Positions 1-7,852 of a stretch of DNA of 32,000 nucleotides are shown piece after piece. Position numbers and translations under genes: made by a program. How positions within the stretch are numbered: the stretch's first letter is position 1; every line of letters begins with the position of its first letter. The DNA is from Ferroglobus placidus DSM 10642 (GTDB lineage Archaea; Halobacteriota; Archaeoglobi; Archaeoglobales; Archaeoglobaceae), in contig NC_013849.1 in assembly GCF_000025505.1 (NCBI RefSeq), forward strand, positions 750,001 through 782,000, read 5' to 3'. The notes under the pieces were generated by a model that was not told the DNA's origin, searched no databases, and was given only the letters and a program-made list of their open reading frames with translations.

Positions 1-155
1 AAAGTTCTTCTTTCTTCTTTTACTTTTCTTATTATTATCACTTCTTTATTTTTATCGTACTCGACCTCCAGTAGATCCCCTATCTTCAATCCCATTTTCT
101 TCCTAACCTCCGCCGGTATAGTAATTTGATAATTTCTCGTAATTTTCACTCTCAT
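1..155 (-). CDS. AbrB/SpoVT (MazE/VapB-like) DNA-binding antitoxin-type protein, truncated by the window edge
   Basis: Not in the ORF track because it is too short within the window. Reverse-strand ATG at 155 reads MRVKITRNYQITIPAEVRKKMGLKIGDLLEVEYDKNKEVIIIRKVKEERR..., matching the classic AbrB/SpoVT 'QITIPxEVRKKLGIKxGD' motif. Confidence 0.7.
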   Translation of the reverse strand, partial: MRVKITRNYQITIPAEVRKKMGLKIGDLLEVEYDKNKEVIIIRKVKEERRT

Positions 156-178
156 ACTACGATTTGAAATATAGTAAC

Positions 179-186
179 TTTATAAG
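179..186 (-). promoter_or_regulatory. TATA-box-like element (CTTATAAA on the minus strand) for the AbrB-like gene
   Basis: About 24 nt upstream of the ATG at 155, the same spacing seen at many genes in this window (leaderless layout). Confidence 0.4.
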
Positions 187-248
187 CATTACTATCACTC
201 CGCACGATCGAAAATAACAAGCTTTAGTACAGAAGAAAGTTTAAAATT

Positions 249-1253
249 TTAAATCCTAAAAACCCTCCCAGCTTTGTAAAGTCTGTTCATTATCGCCTTT
301 CCAATTCCCTTCTCCTCAACACCTTGAACGATTATCACGTCGCACTCTTTATCGAGCTCTCTGAGAACTTTGAAAAGATTTTTAGCCATCTCTTCTAAAT
401 TCCTACCAAAATTTTTGTAAATAACGTCATTCCTTTTTTCTTCCAAATTCAAACCAGCAACTCCAACTCTATACCCTTTCTTTACGAAATCTTCGGCAAT
501 TTGCGTAGCTTTTTTTAAAAAATTCTTTCCGACGAGAACTATCGTTTCAGCGTCTGGAGCGTAATGCTTATACTTCATCCCCGGACTTTTAGCCACGCTG
601 AAATCTTCGGCATACTTAACGTCAACGTATTCTTCAAGCTCCTCCTTAGTTATTGCTCCAGGTCTGAGTATTTCTACCGGATAAACGGTCGTGTCAACGA
701 CGGTAGATTCCAAGCCTATCTTCGTCTCGCCACCATCTATAATTACATCTACAAGATTGCCGAGATCCTCAAGCACGTGCTCAGCTTTAGTTGGACTCGG
801 CTTTCCGCTTTTGTTTGCCGATGGAGCAGCAATCGGAGTTTCGCTAAGCTCTATAAGTTTCAAAGCTACCTTGTGATCGGGCATTCTTACAGCCACAGTG
901 TCTAAGCCGGCTGTGGTAATCTTCGGGACTTTCTTATTCTTCATCACGAGAGTTAGCGGACCGGGAAAAAAAGCATCGATAAGCTTTTTCGCAATTTCGT
1001 TTGGTTGAGCAATCTCGTAAATCTGATCAACGCTGCTAACGTGAACTATCAAAGGATTGTCTGCCGGTCTCCCCTTAACTTCGAAAATTTTTCTCACAGC
1101 CTTTTCGTTTAACGCATCAGCCCCGAGCCCGTAAACGGTTTCAGTCGGAAAAGCAACCAAATTACCTTTCTTTATCTCTTCAGCAGCAATTCCGATTTTG
1201 TCATCCTCCGGATTTTCCGGATCGACTTTTATTATCCTCGTCCTTATTTTCAT
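249..1253 (-). CDS. sua5: L-threonylcarbamoyladenylate synthase Sua5/TsaC (tRNA t6A biosynthesis), long form with a Sua5 C-terminal domain
   Basis: 334 aa. N-terminal YrdC fold motifs 'GNLVAFPTETVYGLGADA...KIFEVKGRPADNPLIVHV'. The start overlaps the elp3 stop (tcat at 1250-1253, an ATGA overlap). Confidence 0.9.
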   Translation of the reverse strand: MKIRTRIIKVDPENPEDDKIGIAAEEIKKGNLVAFPTETVYGLGADALNEKAVRKIFEVKGRPADNPLIVHVSSVDQIYEIAQPNEIAKKLIDAFFPGPLTLVMKNKKVPKITTAGLDTVAVRMPDHKVALKLIELSETPIAAPSANKSGKPSPTKAEHVLEDLGNLVDVIIDGGETKIGLESTVVDTTVYPVEILRPGAITKEELEEYVDVKYAEDFSVAKSPGMKYKHYAPDAETIVLVGKNFLKKATQIAEDFVKKGYRVGVAGLNLEEKRNDVIYKNFGRNLEEMAKNLFKVLRELDKECDVIIVQGVEEKGIGKAIMNRLYKAGRVFRI

Positions 1254-2884
1254 AGCTTTTTCACCATGTATTCGAACTCCTTTTTATATCCCCTTCTCCT
1301 GTAATACTCCCTCACACCGACCCCGCTTATAACAGCTATTCTGTCGTACTTCTCCTTCGCTATCTCCTCAGCTTGCTTTAAAAGCTTCTCGCCAAAACCC
1401 CTGTGCTGAAAAGCTTCATTTTCTTCTTTACTTATCGGAACAGCCTCTCCGTAAACGTGCAGCTCCCTTATTAAAGCACAGTCTCTCAAAACATCTATAA
1501 ACGGTTCGTCTGGAAATCTCAGCCTTATAAAACCTATTAAGACGTCCTCGCTCGGAATTTCGTATGAAATAAAGAACTCCTTTCCATCAGAAGCCTTATA
1601 CTCTCTCACCACAAGTTCGAAATCCTTTTCTTCAAACTTCTTAAGCTTCAATCCAGCTTCTCTACACCTGATGCATCTGCAAGAATATCCAAGCTCTTTC
1701 AGCCTCTCGTGGACGAGCTGCCTTATGTTCCCCTTGTCTATCCCTATAGAAGCATTGACGGGAATGTCGCGCTGAATTCTCTGAATTCTTACGTATTCGG
1801 GAATGTACTTTTTAGCTTTCGCAATTAACTCAACGACCTCTTCAGTGGTGTAAGGCTCGTATTCTCCTCTCTCGTACATTTCGTAGAGCTTAGTCCCCCT
1901 AACGACTATGGTCGGATAAATTTTCAGGTAATCCGGCTTGAATTTTTCGTCTTGGAAGAGAATCTTGAACATCTTCAAATCCCTCTCGAAACTGCTTCCC
2001 GGCAACCCCGGCATTACGTGGTAGCCAACTTTGAAAGCTGAATCCCTCAAAAGCTTCGTCGCTTCCACAACCTCCCTCACTCCGTGTCCTCTGTTTATTT
2101 TTTCAAGAACGTCGTCGTAAACGCTTTGAACTCCGAGTTCAACCTTCGTCCCTCCGTATCTAAGCATCTCGATTATATGCTCCTCCTTAGAATAATCCGG
2201 ACGAGTTTCAAAGGTCATTCCGACGCATCTCGCCTTAGCTTTTTCGTTTTTCAGCTTCGCTTCTTCAACAGTCTTAGAAAGATCGAGTTCATCCTCAAAG
2301 CTGTTCAAAGCTCTGTATATTCCGAGGATAAAGCTGTCTCTGTACTCTTTCTCTCTCGCTATAAAAGTTCCTCCCATGACTATTACCTCAACCTTGTCTA
2401 CAGCGTGTCCGATAGCTTTCAATTCTTTGAGCCTCGCAGAAACTTGCTTGAAAGGGTCGTAGTTGAATTGCTTTCCTCTCTGAGCTGCTGGCTCTAAGCC
2501 GATGTAGCTCTGAGGTGTGTTGAACTCAACTCCCCCCGGGCAAGGGACGCATTTGCCGTGGGGGCATATAGCTGGGGAACTCATAACGCTAACCACAGCT
2601 ACTCCGCTCAGAGTTCTTACGGGCTTAACTTTCAGAATTCTTCTCAGCTTTTCGTAACCCTCCAAATTTTCGGAGAACTTTAAGATGTCCGCATCGCTCG
2701 GAAACCTATCGAGCTTAAACTTCTTCGCAAACTCCCTCTTTATTCTGCCGACTACCCTTTTATCTTCAACTCCCCTCCTCAGAATTTCCTTGGCTATTTC
2801 TACGCACGCCGTTCTGTAGTCCATCCTTTGGAAGTGGTAGTTTCTGAATTTAAAACTTTTATCTCGAAAATCCTTCTTAAGCAT
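1250..2884 (-). CDS. elp3: Elp3-type radical SAM + GNAT tRNA wobble-uridine modification enzyme
   Basis: 544-aa ORF with a Cys-rich radical-SAM region (CPHGKCVPCPGG), '...GGTF...' and a C-terminal GNAT motif 'QHRGFGEKLL'. The true start may be the ATG at 2824 (MDYRTACVEIA...); both candidates overlap the upstream gene. Confidence 0.9.
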   Translation of the reverse strand: MLKKDFRDKSFKFRNYHFQRMDYRTACVEIAKEILRRGVEDKRVVGRIKREFAKKFKLDRFPSDADILKFSENLEGYEKLRRILKVKPVRTLSGVAVVSVMSSPAICPHGKCVPCPGGVEFNTPQSYIGLEPAAQRGKQFNYDPFKQVSARLKELKAIGHAVDKVEVIVMGGTFIAREKEYRDSFILGIYRALNSFEDELDLSKTVEEAKLKNEKAKARCVGMTFETRPDYSKEEHIIEMLRYGGTKVELGVQSVYDDVLEKINRGHGVREVVEATKLLRDSAFKVGYHVMPGLPGSSFERDLKMFKILFQDEKFKPDYLKIYPTIVVRGTKLYEMYERGEYEPYTTEEVVELIAKAKKYIPEYVRIQRIQRDIPVNASIGIDKGNIRQLVHERLKELGYSCRCIRCREAGLKLKKFEEKDFELVVREYKASDGKEFFISYEIPSEDVLIGFIRLRFPDEPFIDVLRDCALIRELHVYGEAVPISKEENEAFQHRGFGEKLLKQAEEIAKEKYDRIAVISGVGVREYYRRRGYKKEFEYMVKKL

Positions 2885-3873
2885 TCCGCATTACCGAGGA
2901 CAGCTATTAGAATTAAAGAAGCTGCGAGCTGGTTAAAGATTGAGCCGAGAAAAATTATGAAAAGTCTGACGTCTCTCGTTATGGGAATTCCTTTAGATTT
3001 GTAAGTGGTTTTGTAAGCTGCAACGAACTTATCCCCAGTGTAGGCGATCATTAAAGCCGCGAAAGCCGCGAGAAATCCGAGGATCCAGTAAGATTGGTTG
3101 AGCTGAGAAAGAGAGAACGTTATCGAAAAGATGATTACGAAGTCAGCGTATCTGTCGAGAACCCCGTCAAGCCACGCTCCGTAACTCGACTCCATAAACT
3201 TCAGCCTCGCAATCTCTCCGTCGCTGCAGTCTAAGATGTTGTGAATCTGAACGATTATCCCTGCTACCAAAGTCGCTAAGTAGTTGTTGATCAGGTAAAG
3301 CATCGCAGCAACAAGAGATAGTAAAAATGAAAATACGGTAATTTGGTTGGGGGTAACGTTTTTGCCTGCAAGAAACTTCGAGATTCTCAGCGAAATTTTT
3401 CTGTTTACAACCCTCGCAATTACTCCGTCGTAGTAAGCGGGCTTCAATCCTGTTTTTTCTGATTTTACGAGGGACTCGAGAAGGAGCTTTTCAGCTTTTT
3501 TGAGATTTTCTTCGGAAACTTTTACCGCCCAAACTTCTTGCTTTTCAATACTGTTCATCGAAATATACCTCTCGATAGCCGAAAGAAGATCTCCCGAGAA
3601 AAAGTTTCTGAAATCGCCTTCGAATAGGTAGCCGAAAAGGGAGTTATCGGAAATAAGAGCTTTTTTACCCTCCAAACGAAGGTCTCTTTCGAGTATCAAA
3701 ACGGGTTCCAAAATGAAAAGGTAACTTTCAGCTTCCCTAAGCGTTAAACCATCGTTAAAAAATTCTACAACGAATCCTGCTCTCTCTAAAGTTTTTTTAA
3801 TCCTCTCTCTGAGGGTTAATCCGAGGAGTTTGTTGTCGTAAACTTTGCTATCCTTAATCAGAGCGACCTTCAT
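2800..3873 (-). CDS. CDP-alcohol phosphatidyltransferase family membrane protein with a ~150-aa soluble N-terminal domain
   Basis: CDP-OH-PT signature 'DCSDGEIARLKFMESSYGAWLDGVLDRYAD' (DGxxARx8Gx3Dx3D) followed by several hydrophobic helices. Start taken at ATG 3873 (MKVALIKD...), preceded by GAGGGT. The ORF track extends it to 3909. Confidence 0.8.
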   Translation of the reverse strand: MKVALIKDSKVYDNKLLGLTLRERIKKTLERAGFVVEFFNDGLTLREAESYLFILEPVLILERDLRLEGKKALISDNSLFGYLFEGDFRNFFSGDLLSAIERYISMNSIEKQEVWAVKVSEENLKKAEKLLLESLVKSEKTGLKPAYYDGVIARVVNRKISLRISKFLAGKNVTPNQITVFSFLLSLVAAMLYLINNYLATLVAGIIVQIHNILDCSDGEIARLKFMESSYGAWLDGVLDRYADFVIIFSITFSLSQLNQSYWILGFLAAFAALMIAYTGDKFVAAYKTTYKSKGIPITRDVRLFIIFLGSIFNQLAASLILIAVLGNAECLRRIFEIKVLNSETTTSKGWTTERRA

Positions 3874-4822
3874 ATCTAACCCTCGGCACTCTTTTCCTCT
3901 TGACGCCAATTAAAGCGTGGGAGAGAATCGGGAGAGCTATGGTGGCGTCGCAGTTTACCTGAACTTTCCTCGCTTTTCTGTTTATCTTCCCCCAGCTTAC
4001 GCCTTCCTCGAAAGTGCAACCGCTCAAACCTCCGAATTGTGGGGTGTCGGTGGTTATTTGAATGGCATATTCGTGCCCTCTAACTTCGTAACCCTTCAGT
4101 CTCGCAACAATTTCCGCCTGCTGAATGAAATTCTTCGGGACGCCGCCTCCGATAAAGATCACTCCAGTTTTTTTGGAATTAACCACTATCTCGGTAAGCT
4201 CCTCAACATCTTTCATAGTATCGACGACGACTTTTCTACTCGCTATGGAGGAAGCTATCCCTATTGAGCTGTCAGCTATAGCCGGGCAGAAAATCGGTAC
4301 GTCGCTTTCGTAAGCCGATACCAATATGGAATCTCTGTCTTTAACTTCGAGTCTTTTTGCTATCTCTTCAAGAAACTGTCTCGACGACATTATCCCTTCA
4401 ATTCCGGAAATTATGTTCGCGAGTACGTAATCGACCCTGTTAAACTCCTCTTCGTAGGCAAAAACGTTGTATATTCTATCAATACCCTTCTTAAAAAGCT
4501 CGTAATCGTCAACTATCTCGCTTCCAAGGTAGTGCTTGAACCCCAGAGCTTCATGAATGTCGTGAAATATGTTCGCCCCGGTTGAGACGAGAACGTCGAT
4601 ATACCTATTTCTTATCAACCAGGAGATTATCTTTCTCATTCCAGCTGGAACCATCGCACCGCTTAAGCCCATAAAAATGGTAATTTCGTCCTCTTTCAGC
4701 ATCTCAAGCCAGATTTCGAAAGCTTCTCCTAACTTTCTCCCCTGAAATCCGGTCTTAGCCATCGCTAAAAGTAGTTCGGAAATTTTCTTTTCCGCCACTT
4801 CTATAGGTTCCACCGGCTTCAT
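3854..4822 (-). CDS. dys: Deoxyhypusine synthase
   Basis: 322 aa with 'GFQGRKLGEA...FMGLSGAMVPAGMRKII...LVSTGANIFHD...GGGVPKNF', typical of DHS. ATGA overlap with the pdaD stop (4819-4822). Confidence 0.92.
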   Translation of the reverse strand: MKPVEPIEVAEKKISELLLAMAKTGFQGRKLGEAFEIWLEMLKEDEITIFMGLSGAMVPAGMRKIISWLIRNRYIDVLVSTGANIFHDIHEALGFKHYLGSEIVDDYELFKKGIDRIYNVFAYEEEFNRVDYVLANIISGIEGIMSSRQFLEEIAKRLEVKDRDSILVSAYESDVPIFCPAIADSSIGIASSIASRKVVVDTMKDVEELTEIVVNSKKTGVIFIGGGVPKNFIQQAEIVARLKGYEVRGHEYAIQITTDTPQFGGLSGCTFEEGVSWGKINRKARKVQVNCDATIALPILSHALIGVKRKRVPRVRYEGRSD

Positions 4823-5379
4823 AAAACGAACACCGCCGCTGCCACAACCGTCGTAAACTCTTCGACCTCAGCTTCAGCGGTAATGCTGAAAGTTCTAGCC
4901 GGCTCGATTCCGAAAGCCGTTCTAAGCATGTAAGCTGCATTCTCTTCAGCAATCTTCCCAGCATTTTCTCCGTTGCAGTACCCGTGGTATTCGGTTAAGT
5001 AGCCGTTTAAACTCGGATCCGGAGGAATTGCTGCCCCAACACTTGCAAAAATTCTTTCTCCTTTTTTATTGCTCGTCATCCTCGACATCACGCAGAAAAC
5101 GATTTGTCCGGGAAAAAGCTCTCTGAGACCATCTTCGATACCGATTATCTCGCAGCTCGGCGGAAATATGCTGCTAACCGTGACGAGATTGAACTTCTCT
5201 ATCCTCGCATCTCTCAAAGCGAGTTCAAAGCTTACAAGCGCATCTTCATGCTTTCCAACGCCGGTAGTGAAAAACACTTTTCTCGGAATCAACTTCGTTG
5301 CCGAAAGTGGATAAGAACCGCTCTTTTGCTCTGGAACTCGCCTAAACCCAGCTAATTCTCCTTTTACTGCCTCAAACAT
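4819..5379 (-). CDS. pdaD: Pyruvoyl-dependent arginine decarboxylase (makes agmatine)
   Basis: 'IPRKVFFTTGVGKHEDALVSFELALRDARIEKFNLVTVSSIFPP', including the self-cleavage/pyruvoyl SS region characteristic of PdaD. Confidence 0.9.
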   Translation of the reverse strand: MFEAVKGELAGFRRVPEQKSGSYPLSATKLIPRKVFFTTGVGKHEDALVSFELALRDARIEKFNLVTVSSIFPPSCEIIGIEDGLRELFPGQIVFCVMSRMTSNKKGERIFASVGAAIPPDPSLNGYLTEYHGYCNGENAGKIAEENAAYMLRTAFGIEPARTFSITAEAEVEEFTTVVAAAVFVL

Positions 5380-5412
5380 CCTCTCGCACCTTGCAATTAG
5401 TTTTAGTTAGGG

Positions 5413-5420
5413 TATTTAAG
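5413..5420 (-). promoter_or_regulatory. TATA-box-like element (CTTAAATA on the minus strand) for the pdaD operon
   Basis: 34 nt upstream of ATG 5379, with AAGGTG (SD-like) between it and the start. Confidence 0.4.
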
Positions 5421-5613
5421 CATTACTCCTACTAAAATAGGCTAAACGATTTTAGATTAATTATTAGCAAAGATCGAGCAAATCGGAATTGGGTGGAATA
5501 ATATAAACTCGGAAAATTAAAATTCGAAATAAAAATTTTTATTAGAAGATAATTAATAAAAATGAAATTCATAAAACAAATATTGTCAAACCTTAATAAA
5601 ATTACTCGCAACC

Positions 5614-5621
5614 TTTTTAAT
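5614..5621 (+). promoter_or_regulatory. TATA-box-like element (TTTTTAAT) for icd
   Basis: 22 nt upstream of ATG 5643. Supports a leaderless icd start at 5643 rather than the ORF-track start at 5562. Confidence 0.45.
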
Positions 5622-5642
5622 TCTTGGAGCAGTTTGCCGAGC

Positions 5643-6881
5643 ATGAAATACGAAAAGGTAAAGCCGCCGGAGGAAGGGGAGAGAATAGAGTACAAAGACG
5701 GAAAGCTCATAGTTCCCGATAATCCGATAATACCCTACTTCGAGGGAGACGGAATTGGGAAAGACGTAGTTCCCGCTGCGTTAAAAGTTTTGGATGCTGC
5801 TGCCGAGAAAATTGGAAAGGAAGTTGTGTGGTTTAAAGTTTACGCCGGAGAGGATGCCTACAAGCTTTACGGAACTTACCTTCCCGAAGATACGCTAAAC
5901 GCGATAAGGGAATTTAGAGTCGCTCTAAAAGGTCCGCTAACAACTCCAGTTGGAGGAGGTTATAGAAGTTTGAACGTCACGATAAGGCAAACCCTCGACC
6001 TCTACGCAAATGTCAGGCCGGTGTTTTACATCAAAGGCGTTCCGAGCCCGCTGAAAAATCCGGAAGTCGTTGATCTCGTGATATTCAGAGAAAACACCGA
6101 AGACGTTTACGCCGGAATAGAGTGGCCTAAGGGAAGTGAGGAAGCGAAAAAAGTGATAAAGTTCTTGGCTGAAGAATTCGGAATTCGCATAAGAGAGGAT
6201 TCGGGCATCGGCTTGAAGCCGATAAGCGAATTCGCCACGAAAAGGCTCGTTAGGTTAGCTATAAAATACGCGATAGAAAACAACAGGAGGAGCGTTACTC
6301 TCGTTCACAAGGGGAACATAATGAAGTACACCGAAGGAGCCTTCAGAGACTGGGGGTACGAGGTGGCTAAGGAGGAGTTCGGAGACAAAGTTATTACAGA
6401 GGAGGAGCTCTGGAACAACTACAACGGAGAGCTGCCGAAGGGAAAGATTCTGATAAATGATAGAATAGCCGACAACATGTTCCAGCAGATCCTTACGAGA
6501 ACCGCAGAATACGACGTGCTTGCTATGCCAAACCTGAACGGCGACTACATGAGCGATGCAGCTGCAGCTTTAGTTGGAGGACTCGGAATCGCTCCGGGAA
6601 GCAACATAGGAGACGGAATGGGAGTCTTTGAACCAGTTCACGGCTCAGCTCCGAAATACGCTGGACAGAACAAAGCGAATCCAACAGCCGAAATTTTGAG
6701 CGGAGCTTTGATGTTCGAATACATAGGCTGGAAGAAAGCTTCCGAGCTTATTAAGAAAGCTCTCGAAATGACGATTTCACAAGGTATAGTCACCTACGAC
6801 ATCCATCGCCACGTCGGTGGAAAGCTTGTAGGAACGAGAGAGTTTGCAGAGGCTGTGGTTGAGAATTTGCAGTCCATCTAA
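5643..6881 (+). CDS. icd: NADP-dependent isocitrate dehydrogenase
   Basis: '[12 protein letters not shown]...[32 protein letters not shown]...[23 protein letters not shown]...[15 protein letters not shown]'. Start moved to M28 of the ORF-track translation ([13 protein letters not shown]...). Confidence 0.93.
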   Translation: MKYEKVKPPEEGERIEYKDGKLIVPDNPIIPYFEGDGIGKDVVPAALKVLDAAAEKIGKEVVWFKVYAGEDAYKLYGTYLPEDTLNAIREFRVALKGPLTTPVGGGYRSLNVTIRQTLDLYANVRPVFYIKGVPSPLKNPEVVDLVIFRENTEDVYAGIEWPKGSEEAKKVIKFLAEEFGIRIREDSGIGLKPISEFATKRLVRLAIKYAIENNRRSVTLVHKGNIMKYTEGAFRDWGYEVAKEEFGDKVITEEELWNNYNGELPKGKILINDRIADNMFQQILTRTAEYDVLAMPNLNGDYMSDAAAALVGGLGIAPGSNIGDGMGVFEPVHGSAPKYAGQNKANPTAEILSGALMFEYIGWKKASELIKKALEMTISQGIVTYDIHRHVGGKLVGTREFAEAVVENLQSI

Positions 6882-6923
6882 CCACAACTCTTAAAAACAC
6901 ATATGTTTTAAAGCTTTCCAGCA

Positions 6924-6998
6924 GCCCGGGTGGTGTAGCCAGGCCTAACATGCGGGCCTGTCGAGCCCGCGCCTCGGGTTCAAATCCCGACCCGGGCG
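6924..6998 (+). tRNA. tRNA-Asp (anticodon GUC), no encoded CCA
   Basis: Folded by hand. Acceptor GCCCGGG/CCCGGGC plus discriminator G. D stem GTGT/ACAT with one G-U pair. Anticodon stem CGGGC/GCCCG with loop CTGTCGA (anticodon GTC). T arm TCGGG-TTCAAAT-CCCGA. Total 75 nt. Confidence 0.9.
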
Positions 6999-7062
6999 TA
7001 AAGGAAAAAGTTAAACGCACGAAAGCGGAGAGCTCGGTATCAAACTTACAGCCCTTAAATAC

Positions 7063-7069
7063 TTTTTTT
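7063..7069 (+). terminator. Oligo-T tract (T7), possible archaeal terminator for the icd/tRNA-Asp transcript
   Basis: Run of 7 T located 65 nt downstream of the tRNA 3' end. Confidence 0.3.
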
Positions 7070-7435
7070 GATAAAAAGGTATACGTGAAGCAAAAGGTCG
7101 ACATGGAAAAATGGAGGAGAATAATCTTTATTGAGGTAAAGTCCATAAGGCTGATTGTGAGTAATAAGGAAAAAATAATAAAGGAGGAATTAAGCAAGAT
7201 TAAATAAGATGAAATACAAGAGGGGGGTTGGCAGTTAGGGAGTTTTGCCATTTTTATTAGTTTATAAGGTCGGGGGAATCCAAAAATTGAGATTCTACTT
7301 CTTAAAATTCGATTTAACCGATAGGCTCGGGTGCCCGAAACTCCTCATCACCAACTATCGAGCATCGAGGGAATGGTTTGAAATCACTATTGGGCCTGAG
7401 GATGGGAGAATGAGTTAAGTGTGGAAGTCTGACCG

Positions 7436-7852
7436 ATGGAGGATGAGAAGAAGAAAATTCTTGGAATAGAGCCAGAAGAGTATTTTACGGGTGAGGACTG
7501 GATAAGGGCTGGACGAAGGCGTTACATGCTTCTGAACATCATTTACTACCTTCAGCACTTTGCAGGAAAAGAGGATGGAGTTAGTATTAGCGAGATTTCA
7601 GAGTTTCTTGAAGTTCTTCAAACTGTTGACAGAGAAATCTACTCCAGCATCGTGAAACCCGGAATAGCTGTGGAATCGACTTTAAGTGAGCTTCTGAATA
7701 AAGGATTGATCATTGATAGGTCAGAAGGAAAATTTTCCATAAATGTGGAAAAGGTTAAGTCGGAAAAAGATTTGATTTACTGGGGAAGTGTGAAAAGAGT
7801 ATTTGACAAGGTTAATGAAATAATGAGTTTTGGAGGTTATAGAAATGAATAA
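7436..7852 (+). CDS. Small hypothetical protein with a winged-helix-like core, first gene of the McrBC-like module
   Basis: 138 aa. The segment '[11 protein letters not shown]...[24 protein letters not shown]' reads like helix-turn-helix plus a beta wing (my inference). Its stop (7850-7852) lies inside the start region of the next gene. Confidence 0.55.
   Translation: MEDEKKKILGIEPEEYFTGEDWIRAGRRRYMLLNIIYYLQHFAGKEDGVSISEISEFLEVLQTVDREIYSSIVKPGIAVESTLSELLNKGLIIDRSEGKFSINVEKVKSEKDLIYWGSVKRVFDKVNEIMSFGGYRNE

Noticed and set aside
183-193. 11-nt identity TAAGCATTACT shared between 183-193 and 5417-5427, considered as a dispersed repeat or mobile-element end
   Set aside because: Both copies are the BRE/TATA region of minus-strand promoters (AGTAATGCTTA(T)AA). 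The similarity is explained by the promoter consensus rather than by a repeat element.
5562-5642. Upstream extensions of ORF-track starts: icd at 5562, NTase at 15923, alaS at 31561, argH at 22540, CDP-OH-PT at 3909, mcrB-like TTG at 7830
   Set aside because: The extensions add non-conserved, odd N-termini and swallow TATA boxes or overlap upstream genes. The internal ATGs match the orthologue-like N-termini and the promoter/SD spacing.
6790-7251. 153-aa minus-strand ORF and the 85-aa plus-strand ORF at 6950-7207
   Set aside because: Both run through the tRNA-Asp gene and the icd 3' end, which is implausible for coding. Only the 3' 34 codons of the plus-strand ORF (7103-7207) have start signals, and those are reported only as a weak observation.
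7321-7345. Possible att-type repeat of the tRNA-Asp 3' end (CTCGGGT shared with 6973-6979), and a search of 12338-12723 and 14773-15161 for the same
   Set aside because: Only 7 nt match, which is expected by chance. No longer copy of the tRNA 3' half was seen by eye, so no integration-site claim is made.
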